Below, piece by piece: positions 56,279-64,000 of a stretch of DNA of 64,000 nucleotides. A program made the translations under genes and the position numbers. Below the pieces are notes generated by a model. The model was not told the origin of the DNA, searched no databases, and was given only the letters and a program-made list of their open reading frames with translations. Source of the DNA: an uncultured Gemmatimonadaceae bacterium (GTDB lineage Bacteria; Gemmatimonadota; Gemmatimonadetes; Gemmatimonadales; Gemmatimonadaceae); the NCBI GenBank assembly GCA_963716745.1, contig OY970320.1, positions 2,176,001 to 2,240,000 of the forward strand, given 5' to 3'. Within the stretch, counting starts at the first letter, position 1. Each line of letters opens with the position of its first letter.

Positions 56279-57832
56279 ATGCGTCGCACCGTCGTACTGC
56301 TGGCGATCGCCATTCTCACCATGCCTTTCGCGGCCCGGTCGCAGGATACCGCGCTCGCCGCGAAGATCAACGCCATCACCGGCCGGCCGGAATTCCGCCA
56401 CGCGATGTGGGGGATCAAGATCGTCGACCTCGACGCGAAGAAGACGCTCTATGAGTTGAACGCCGACAAGCTCTTCTTTCCCGCCTCCACCACAAAACTC
56501 CTCACCATGGGCACCGCGCTCGCGCTGCTCGGCCCCGACTTCCGTTTTCGCACGAATGTCTACGCCGTCGGCACCTGGGGCGCGAACGGCACGCTCAATG
56601 GCGATCTCGTGATCGTCGCCAGCGGCGATCCGAATCTGAGCGGCCGCGTCCGTCCCGATGGCACGCTCGCATTCGAGAACGAGGACCACGCGTACGCCGG
56701 CAACGACTCCATGGCGCGCGCCGTGTCGGGCGATCCACTGCTCGTGATCAAGGAGATGGCGAAACAGGCCGCGTCGAAGGTGAAGACGCTCAACGGCCGC
56801 GTGCTCGTGGATGTCTCGATGTTCCCCGAGGGGCAAGCGGAGGGCGGCTCCGGCGTCATCATGTCGCCGATCATGGTGAACGACAACATCATCGACATCA
56901 CCATCACTCCGGGCACGACGGCGGGTTCGCCGATGACGTTCGTAGCCTCGCCCATGACCGCGTACGCGACGTTCGTGAACAAGACCATCACCGGCGCGGC
57001 AGGCTCGGCGAATACGATCACGCTGGCGGGCGACAGCGTCACGCCGGAGGGAAATCACGTCGTGACCGTGTCCGGTTCATTGCCGGCGCACGGCCCGGCG
57101 ATGCTATTCCCCTATGACGTTCCGTTGCCGAGCCGCTTCGCGGCGGTGACGTTCACCGAGGCGCTCACGGCGGCGGGCACGAGAGTGATCGCACCCGCCG
57201 CGCCCGCGAAACCGGACTGGCCGAGGCTCGCCACCGGTTACACGTCAGCCAACGTCGTCGCCGAGCACGTCTCGCCGCCATACAGCGAAGAGGTAAAGGT
57301 GACGCTCAAGGTGAGCGATAATCTGCATGCGGCGGTCACGCACTACATCCTCGGCGCCGTGATCGGCAAGAAGGATACCGCGAAGACCGGCTTCGATCTC
57401 GAGCGGGAATTCCTCTTGAAGGGCGGGCTCGATCTCAGCGGCGCGCAGCAGGCCGACGGACTCGGCGCCGACGATCATTTCACGCCCGATTTCATGGTGA
57501 GCTATCTCAGCTGGTACACCACGCTGCCGACGTATCCGGTATTCCTGAAGGCGCTGCCCATTCTTGGGCGCGATGGCACTCTGTACAACATCCAGACGAC
57601 TTCGCCGGCGGCCGGCCATGTCTTCGCGAAGACGGGCACGTTCGCCAGCGGCGATCCGCTGAACAAGACGTTGCTCGTGACCGCGAAGGGGCTCGCGGGC
57701 TACATCACGACCGCAGCTGGCCGGCATCTGGTGTTCGCGGTGTACGTGAACAACGTGGCGGTGCCGAGTGGGGACGATGTGACGAAGATCGTGGGGCAGG
57801 CGGTGGGAGCGGTGGCGGCGGCGGCGTACTAA
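56279..57832 (+). CDS. dacB: D-alanyl-D-alanine carboxypeptidase/endopeptidase (PBP4, peptidase S13)
   Basis: Signal peptide, PASTTK, SGDP, SDN, DG-G, AKTGT, LAGY. Confidence 0.87.
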   Translation: MRRTVVLLAIAILTMPFAARSQDTALAAKINAITGRPEFRHAMWGIKIVDLDAKKTLYELNADKLFFPASTTKLLTMGTALALLGPDFRFRTNVYAVGTWGANGTLNGDLVIVASGDPNLSGRVRPDGTLAFENEDHAYAGNDSMARAVSGDPLLVIKEMAKQAASKVKTLNGRVLVDVSMFPEGQAEGGSGVIMSPIMVNDNIIDITITPGTTAGSPMTFVASPMTAYATFVNKTITGAAGSANTITLAGDSVTPEGNHVVTVSGSLPAHGPAMLFPYDVPLPSRFAAVTFTEALTAAGTRVIAPAAPAKPDWPRLATGYTSANVVAEHVSPPYSEEVKVTLKVSDNLHAAVTHYILGAVIGKKDTAKTGFDLEREFLLKGGLDLSGAQQADGLGADDHFTPDFMVSYLSWYTTLPTYPVFLKALPILGRDGTLYNIQTTSPAAGHVFAKTGTFASGDPLNKTLLVTAKGLAGYITTAAGRHLVFAVYVNNVAVPSGDDVTKIVGQAVGAVAAAAY

Positions 57833-57938
57833 CAGTGCAGACAGCCGGGAACCGCTGTCCGGGAACCGGTGAGGAATAACAAGATATTTTGTCATGCCTC
57901 ACCGGTTCCCGGAAACCGGTTCCCGGTAGTCCGCACTG
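57833..57938. repeat. ~100-bp palindromic (REP-like) element, copy A
   Basis: ccgggaaccg x2 ... acaagatattttgt ... cggttcccgg x2; begins right after the dacB stop. Confidence 0.9.
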
Positions 57939-57971
57939 AAACATCCCTCCGCGTCGGTCCGTAGAAACATT

Positions 57972-59777
57972 ATGACCACTACTATGTTTCGGGCCGCGGC
58001 GGCGATGGTGGTGCTCGCCGGCTCCGCGGCGCAGGCGCAGGGAACGTTCCGCGGGAACGATCTCCGGCTGGGGACGTATCCGGCAAGCACGAAGCCGCAG
58101 CTCGCGGGGATCGCGTGGCGGGTCTACACCGGCGGCGAGGTGATCGCGAGTCCCACGATCGTCGATGGCGTCGTCTACATCGGATCGGGCAACGGCGTCA
58201 TGTACGCGATGGACGCCGCCACGGGGGCTAAGCGCTGGAGCGTCTCCCTCGGCAACCCGATCAGTGCCACAGCGGCCGTGGACGGCGGCAACGTGTACGT
58301 CGGCGCACGCGACGGCAGCCTCTATGCGCTGAGCGCCGCCACGGGCAAGCAGATCTGGCGCTTCGCGAGCGGCGCACCCATGGAACTGCATTGGGGGCAC
58401 GAGAGCGGCGACTACTGGACGTCGTCGCCCGCGGTGCAGGGCGGCACGGTGGTGTTCGGTGGCAGCGATGGGAACGTGTACGCCGTGAGCGCCGCGACGG
58501 GCAAACTGCTCTGGAAGAGCTTCACCGAGGGGCGCGTGCATTCGTCGCCCGCGATCAATGGCGACAATGTCGTGATCGGATCGTTCGACGGCACGGTGCG
58601 CTGCTATTCGCTCGCGACCGGCAAGGAGCGCTGGAAATTCGCGACGACCGGCACGACGCTCGAGTCGAAGAACTTCGGCTACGACCGGCGCACGGTGCAA
58701 TCTTCGCCCGTGATCGCGAACGGCGTGGCGGTCGTCGGCGCGCGCGACGGGTTCATCTACGCGATCGACGTGGCCACCGGCAAGGAAAAGTGGCACTACG
58801 ATCACAAGATCTCTTGGATCAATTCGTCGGCCGCATTCATGGACGGCACGCTCTACGACGCCAGCTCCGACGCGGCGTTCGTGCAGGCGCTCGACGCCGC
58901 CACCGGAACGCAGAAGTGGCGCTACACCGCCGACGCACCCGTATGGAGCTCTCCGGCCGCGACCGGCGACTGGCTCTATGTGGGTGACTTCGTCGGCCGC
59001 CTGCACGCGATCTCGCGCGCCGACGGCAAGCGCCAGTGGCTGCTTCGCACCGGCTCGATGATCCTCAGCTCGCCCGTGCCCTTCCGCGATCTCGTGATCG
59101 TGGGCAGCACCGATGGCGCGGTGTACGGCGTGCGCACGTCGGACACCGCGGTGCAGCGCGCCGTGTTCTTCGACAGCGCGTATCTCAAGGCCGCGCACGT
59201 GGACGATCCGGGCAAGACCGCCGCGTACTTCTCGCGTCGCGGCTACACGCAGGTGGATGCTGCCGCGCTCAAGACGTGGATGGAAGCCCGTATCTCGGAC
59301 AAAGCGCCGAGTACCGTCGTGTTCGCCGTCGATTTCGCGCCCGAAGCGATCGCGGGCAAGCCGTACGCGTCGAGTCTGTTCCGGCGCTATCTCGAGAGCG
59401 GCGGCAAGATCGTGTGGGCGGGCCTCCCGCCCGCGCTCTGGCCGCGCGACAGCACCGGCGGTCCGGTGCAGAGTCTTCTCGCGATCGACTGGAAGGCGTC
59501 CAGCGAGCTACTCGGCGTGAACGTAGACGACGCGATCTTCGACGCGCGCGGCGTGCAGGCGACGAATGCGGGGCTCGCATGGGGCATGACGCCCGGTCAC
59601 TATCGCGACGCGTGGAGCGTGGACGTGCGCGGGGTGACGACTGTGCTCGCGCAGGACGAATGGGGACTGGCCGCCGCGTGGGTGAAGAATTACGGCGGAG
59701 CGCCGGGAACAGGCTTCGTGAAGGTGCCGAGTTCCGATCCGTTCGTGATTTATCTGGCGGCGGAGTATAGACCTTGA
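57972..59777 (+). CDS. Secreted PQQ-like (BamB-type) beta-propeller repeat protein with an extra C-terminal domain
   Basis: Repeated SSP-V..VY-GS-DG-YA-DA-TG--W units; signal peptide. Confidence 0.85.
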   Translation: MTTTMFRAAAAMVVLAGSAAQAQGTFRGNDLRLGTYPASTKPQLAGIAWRVYTGGEVIASPTIVDGVVYIGSGNGVMYAMDAATGAKRWSVSLGNPISATAAVDGGNVYVGARDGSLYALSAATGKQIWRFASGAPMELHWGHESGDYWTSSPAVQGGTVVFGGSDGNVYAVSAATGKLLWKSFTEGRVHSSPAINGDNVVIGSFDGTVRCYSLATGKERWKFATTGTTLESKNFGYDRRTVQSSPVIANGVAVVGARDGFIYAIDVATGKEKWHYDHKISWINSSAAFMDGTLYDASSDAAFVQALDAATGTQKWRYTADAPVWSSPAATGDWLYVGDFVGRLHAISRADGKRQWLLRTGSMILSSPVPFRDLVIVGSTDGAVYGVRTSDTAVQRAVFFDSAYLKAAHVDDPGKTAAYFSRRGYTQVDAAALKTWMEARISDKAPSTVVFAVDFAPEAIAGKPYASSLFRRYLESGGKIVWAGLPPALWPRDSTGGPVQSLLAIDWKASSELLGVNVDDAIFDARGVQATNAGLAWGMTPGHYRDAWSVDVRGVTTVLAQDEWGLAAAWVKNYGGAPGTGFVKVPSSDPFVIYLAAEYRP

Positions 59778-59783
59778 ACAGCT

Positions 59784-59875
59784 AACTGCCGGGAACCGAT
59801 TTCCGGGAACCGGTATGGCATGACAAGATATTTTGTTATGCCTCACCGGTTCCCGGCAATCGGTTCCCGGCAGTT
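59784..59875. repeat. ~100-bp palindromic (REP-like) element, copy B
   Basis: Same ccgggaaccg arms and acaagatattttgt centre; 6 nt after the stop codon. Confidence 0.9.
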
Positions 59876-59979
59876 CTTTCCGCGCCTGGCCTCCGGCCAT
59901 TAGCCGCGTCTAACGCGACCGTTTGCATTCTCCGTTCCCATCGCACAAGCTTGCCGCATCCTCTTCTCATGAGCGGTTA

Positions 59980-61323
59980 ATGCGAGCGTGCGATAATGCG
60001 GATCGTGTGCGCCTGCTCGGGAACATTGCCACTGCCGTCGCGATGCTCGGCATCGCCGCGTGCGCTGGCAGTGGGTCGAACACCACCGCGCCCCCCGCGA
60101 CGGGTTCGGTGACCGTCAGCGTGACCGTGCACGGGAACGGCCATGATGCCAACGGGTTCGCCGTGAACATCGGCAATCTCTTCGCGCCGGTGCAGCCCGG
60201 AACTCCGGCGACGCTGTCATCGATCCCGGCGGGCAATGTCACCGCGACGCTCTCCGGCCTCGGCCCCGGGTGCTCCGCGGACATGGATTCCATCGTGACG
60301 CACGTGACGGGAGGAGACACTGCCGCGGTGCAGTTCGCCGTCGGATGCTACGGCGCGATCGCGTATGGCATCGCGAACGGCGTGAACGAGACTCAGATCG
60401 TGTATCTCGACGAGAATGGCCACGCGGTGCAGGTCACCTCGGGCACGAGCCGGAACGTGATGCTCGATTTCTCGCGGGATGGCTCCCGCATCCTGTTCGC
60501 GAGCAACCGGAATGGGTCCGACAAGCTCTTCGCCGTGGGGATCGACGGGGCGGGATTGGTGCAATTGACGTCCGGATCAGATGAGGACGTGACGGGGCGC
60601 TGGTCGCCCGACGGAAGCAAGGTCGTATTCTACCGTGCATCAGCTGGCGGGTCCGGCTCGTACTCCGTCTACGTGGTTGACGCGAACGGCTCGAATGAGA
60701 CGCTGTTGCTTGATAGTGCGCACATTGACTTCGACCCATCATGGACGCCGGACGGGAGCAAGATCATCTTCGCGTGCGATCGCTTCAGCTCGTTGACGCG
60801 GGAATTGTGCTCCATGACGCCGACCGGCACCGGCCTCGCACAGATCGGCTCGTTCAGCGACGTGCAGTTCCCGGTGACCGATCCGACCGGCGCATACATT
60901 GCGTTCCAGGGTTATGGAAGTGCGACGACGATCTGGGTGACCCCAGTCAATGGCTCCTCGGCCGTGAATCTGACCCCCAGCGTAGAGTCGCTCGGGTTCG
61001 ACTGGGCGCCGGATGGCACCAAGCTGGCACTCTACACGTCGGGCGGGAGCGGAGGCTACCTCGTTCAGCGCATCAATCGCGACGGCAGCGGCTTGACTCC
61101 GCTGACCACCGCCGCCGATTCGGCGGGTGATCCGCATTGGTCTCCCGATGGCGGCCGCATCGCATTTCGTGCGGTGCGAGGGGCGACGGGGCAGATCTGG
61201 GTGGTGGATCCGAATGGCGGCGATTGGCACCGCGTCACGTCCGATGTGAGCGGTACGTTCCTTCCGTTCTGGAGCCCGGCCGCGCATTCCACCGCCGCCG
61301 TCGCGCGCGCGGTTCGGCGCTGA
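59980..61323 (+). CDS. Lipoprotein with TolB-like (PD40) beta-propeller
   Basis: Lipobox IAAC; repeated WSPDG/WTPDG/WAPDG units; exact start uncertain. Confidence 0.8.
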   Translation: MRACDNADRVRLLGNIATAVAMLGIAACAGSGSNTTAPPATGSVTVSVTVHGNGHDANGFAVNIGNLFAPVQPGTPATLSSIPAGNVTATLSGLGPGCSADMDSIVTHVTGGDTAAVQFAVGCYGAIAYGIANGVNETQIVYLDENGHAVQVTSGTSRNVMLDFSRDGSRILFASNRNGSDKLFAVGIDGAGLVQLTSGSDEDVTGRWSPDGSKVVFYRASAGGSGSYSVYVVDANGSNETLLLDSAHIDFDPSWTPDGSKIIFACDRFSSLTRELCSMTPTGTGLAQIGSFSDVQFPVTDPTGAYIAFQGYGSATTIWVTPVNGSSAVNLTPSVESLGFDWAPDGTKLALYTSGGSGGYLVQRINRDGSGLTPLTTAADSAGDPHWSPDGGRIAFRAVRGATGQIWVVDPNGGDWHRVTSDVSGTFLPFWSPAAHSTAAVARAVRR

Positions 61324-61395
61324 TTCGCGGTGGACTTGCGCGCCGCGCCGCTGCACCTTCTTCTCGTCGCGCCACCTCCACTCCAGGACGCAGCC

Positions 61396-61491
61396 ATGGA
61401 CGCCGGTGAGAAGAAGATCCACAAGAAGATCGTGTTCGGCGGTGTGATCATCCTGATCGCAATGGCAGGATGGATCCTGCTCATGATGTGA
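61396..61491 (+). CDS. Small single-TM protein, 31 aa (MDAGEKKIHKKIVFGGVIILIAMAGWILLMM)
   Basis: AGGA upstream, host-like codons, basic N-terminus plus TM, GTGA overlap with the next gene; below the ORF-track cutoff. Confidence 0.6.
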   Translation: MDAGEKKIHKKIVFGGVIILIAMAGWILLMM

Positions 61492-61949
61492 GATCCGTCC
61501 AGGCGCTCTCTCCCACCAAGCAACTCGCCGCCTTCATCGACAAATACGATCCCTCGGTCGCCAAACTCGCGCGCTCGCTCCGCGCCGCGATGCGCAAGCG
61601 GCTCCCCACCGCCAACGAACTGGTCTACGATAACTACCAGTTCCTCGCGATCGGCTACTGCTCCACTGAGCGGGCCTCCGATTGCATCTGCTCGCTCGCA
61701 GTGTCTCCCAAGGGCGTAGCGCTCTGCTTCACGTACGGCGCAAAGCTGCCTGACCCGGCGAAGATCCTCTATGGTGGCGGCAACCAGGTGCGCTTCGCAC
61801 GGCTCGAGAGCGCCGCCTCGCTCGCCAAACCAGCGCTCGCGAAACTCATCCGTGTCGCGGCCGAGCGAGGCAAGGTTCCGCTCCCCAAAGGCACGCGCGG
61901 GAAGCTTATCATTAAGTCGATCTCGGCGAAGCAGCGGCCGAGGAGATAG
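61488..61949 (+). CDS. DUF1801/YdhG-like protein
   Basis: FIDKYDP, ELVYDNY, GAKLPDP--LYGGGNQVR. Confidence 0.7.
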   Translation: MRSVQALSPTKQLAAFIDKYDPSVAKLARSLRAAMRKRLPTANELVYDNYQFLAIGYCSTERASDCICSLAVSPKGVALCFTYGAKLPDPAKILYGGGNQVRFARLESAASLAKPALAKLIRVAAERGKVPLPKGTRGKLIIKSISAKQRPRR

Positions 61950-61989
61950 CGACCGATCCGCGCGGCGTCTCCCCTTTCACGGCAGCAAC

Positions 61990-62508
61990 ATGAGATCTGT
62001 CTCTGCGACCCGTATCGCTCTTGCATTCACACTCTGCGTCGTGCCGGGCTACGCCACCGCCCAGGCCGCTGCCCCTGCCCACGTCGAACTCCGCGGCTCC
62101 GCCGGCCAGCTCCGCTTCGTCACGGACTCCGATCTCGCCACGATGCCGCGCACGGAGGTCAAAGCCGCGGCCCACGAAGTGTCCGGCACCTTCAGCGGCG
62201 TCAGACTCTCCGACCTCCTTCACCTGGTGGGCATGCCGGGCGGCGATTCCCTCCGCGGCCAGGCGCTTGCGCAGTACGTGCTCATCGAAGCGGCCGACGG
62301 CTATCGCGTCACTTTCTCGATCGCCGAACTCAGCCCGAGCTTCACCGACAAACTCGTCCTCCTCGTGAATCGCAGCAACGGCGCGCCACTCTCCGCCAGC
62401 GACGGACCCTTCCGCCTCGTCGTGCCCGACGAGAAACGCCCCGCGCGCTGGGTGCGGCAAGTGACCCGTATCAGCATCATCGCCGTCCCCAAGTCCGCCG
62501 CGCCGTGA
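61990..62508 (+). CDS. Secreted protein with molybdopterin-oxidoreductase-like fold
   Basis: Signal peptide; FSGV-L-DLL, AADGY, GPFRLVVP, ARWVRQV. Confidence 0.7.
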   Translation: MRSVSATRIALAFTLCVVPGYATAQAAAPAHVELRGSAGQLRFVTDSDLATMPRTEVKAAAHEVSGTFSGVRLSDLLHLVGMPGGDSLRGQALAQYVLIEAADGYRVTFSIAELSPSFTDKLVLLVNRSNGAPLSASDGPFRLVVPDEKRPARWVRQVTRISIIAVPKSAAP

Positions 62509-63595
62509 CCTCCATGCCGGACATACGCGCCGCTACGGCCGCGTATGAGAAATGGCTTGGCGCGCGCGTGCCGCTCATCGCGCCCGACCTCGCGCGCAAG
62601 CACGACGCGATGCGCGGCGATCGCTTCTCCTTCATGCGCGCGACGTACTACCGCTGGGCGCAACTGTGGCCGGACGCATGCGAGCACGAAGCCGGCGCGC
62701 CGCGCGTGCTCGCGGTCGGCGATCTGCACGTCGACAATTTCGGAACCTGGCGCGACGCCGAGGGCCGGCTCGTCTGGGGAGTGAACGACCTCGATGAAGC
62801 CTGGCGCCTCCCGTTCACGAACGACCTCATTCGCCTCGCGGTCTCGGCGCGCATCGCGGTGGAGGAACACGCGCTCGCACTCGACGCCGACGCCGCGATC
62901 GACACGATCCTCGAGGGATATCGCGAGGGATTGGCGGCACCGCCGGCGCCGTTCGTGCTCGCCGAGGCGCATCCGAGCGCTGCACCGAATGGCCACCGCG
63001 CGCCTCAAGGATCCCGAACAGTTCTGGGACAAGTTGCGCGCGTCGCGATTCGTGACGTCGCCCGTGCCCGCCGCGGCGCTCGTCGCGCTGCGCCGCGCGA
63101 TGCCCGACCGCGAGAGCCCCAAGCGCATCCAGCATCGCATCGCGGGACTCGGATCGCTCGGCCGGCCGCGCTACGTGGCGGTCATGGAGTGGCACGGCGG
63201 GCTGATCGCGCGCGAAGCGAAACCGATCGTCGCGTCGGCCGCGGCGTGGGCGGCGGGCAAGCGCGCGAGCGTGCGCGCCGCTCTACGGCAAGTTGTTGGC
63301 GACCGCGGTGCGATGTCCCGATCCCTTCGTATTTCCGAGCGGACGCTGGCTCGTGCGACGGCTCGCGCCCGATTGCTCACGCATCGATCTCGAAGCACTG
63401 CCGCGCGAGCGCGATGAGGCGCGCTTGATGCACGCGATGGGCCGCGAGACGGCGAACATCCACCTCGGGTCGATCGACGCCAAGAAGCTCGCGGCCGACC
63501 TGCGGAAGCGCCCGAAGCGATGGCTCGGAAAGGCGGTGGACCGGATGACCGGCGCCCTCGAGCGGGACTGGAAGGAGTGGCGCAAAGGGCGGTAA
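62505..63595 (+). CDS. DUF2252-family (kinase-like) protein, frameshifts near 62975 and 63280
   Basis: FMRATYY, VGDLHVDNFG, VNDLDEA; then RIAGLGSLGRPRY, AREAK; then VRRLAPDC, MGRETANIHLG. Confidence 0.78.
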
Positions 63596-63605
63596 GTTGG
63601 AGGAC

Positions 63606-64000
63606 ATGATGCCCAACGAATCGCGCGCGCCGATCACCGTCCGCTTCAAATTCACACTGGAAGAGCTCGCCGAGGTGACGGAGCGGGGGATCACCAGCCG
63701 CCCGGCCCATCTGCGGCGCCGTCGCAACGCCGCGATCCTCCTGGGTCTCGTCGCGGCGGGCGGCGCGTATCTTGCGACCATGTCGCGGCCGAACGCAGGG
63801 TTGCTCCCGATGCTGGCCGCATTCGTGATCGCCGCCGGTGGAAGTTACTTCCTGGTGCCGCGATTCTACCGCCCGCGCATCGTGGAACTGCTCAAGGAGC
63901 GCGTGCAGGGCGAGGGCCCCTTCGAGTGCGTGGTGACGCTCGACGCGAACGGCTGCACCTTCGAGCAACTCGACATGATCATCACCCGGAAATGGCGCGC
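63606..64000 (+). CDS. Membrane protein, YcxB-like (partial)
   Basis: GGAGG then ATG 63606; open to the window end; two TM segments followed by a beta-rich segment. Confidence 0.6.
   Translation, partial: MMPNESRAPITVRFKFTLEELAEVTERGITSRPAHLRRRRNAAILLGLVAAGGAYLATMSRPNAGLLPMLAAFVIAAGGSYFLVPRFYRPRIVELLKERVQGEGPFECVVTLDANGCTFEQLDMIITRKWR

Noticed and set aside
57833..59875. Rho-independent terminators
   Set aside because: Stems are far longer than terminator hairpins and lack clear U-tracts; kept as repeats.

Overview
High-GC bacterial DNA. Gene content and style suggest Gemmatimonadota or a similar Gram-negative soil lineage (inference only). Order of blocks: (1) 1-7.2 kb, minus-strand alpha-glucan operon (GH15, GT4, GH57, debranching enzyme, zwf). 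(2) 7.5-22.5 kb, divergent pentose-phosphate operon (phosphatase, tal, ROK kinase, pgi, gnd, second zwf, pgl, GH63-like glucosidase, cydAB, rpiB, tkt). (3) 22.5-24.9 kb, a four-helix-bundle gene and two paralogous outer-membrane barrel genes inside nested inverted repeats. (4) EF-G-like GTPase, serine hydrolase and hypotheticals. (5) 30.6-55.9 kb, a probably sigma54-controlled cluster: one periplasmic adaptor, two ABC ATPases, eight ~800-aa MacB/ADOP-type permeases and an NtrC-type two-component system. (6) dacB, beta-propeller proteins and small hypotheticals. The most unexplained signal is non-coding: three copies of a ~270-bp palindrome centred on TTGTTAACAA, two copies of a ~100-bp palindrome, and several heptamer/nonamer-built stems. 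In several of these stems the mismatches are G-U compatible only on the transcribed strand, and one encloses the four-helix-bundle gene like an intervening sequence. Many single-base frameshifts, including in tkt and pgi, look like sequencing error. All alignments and motif calls were made by eye.
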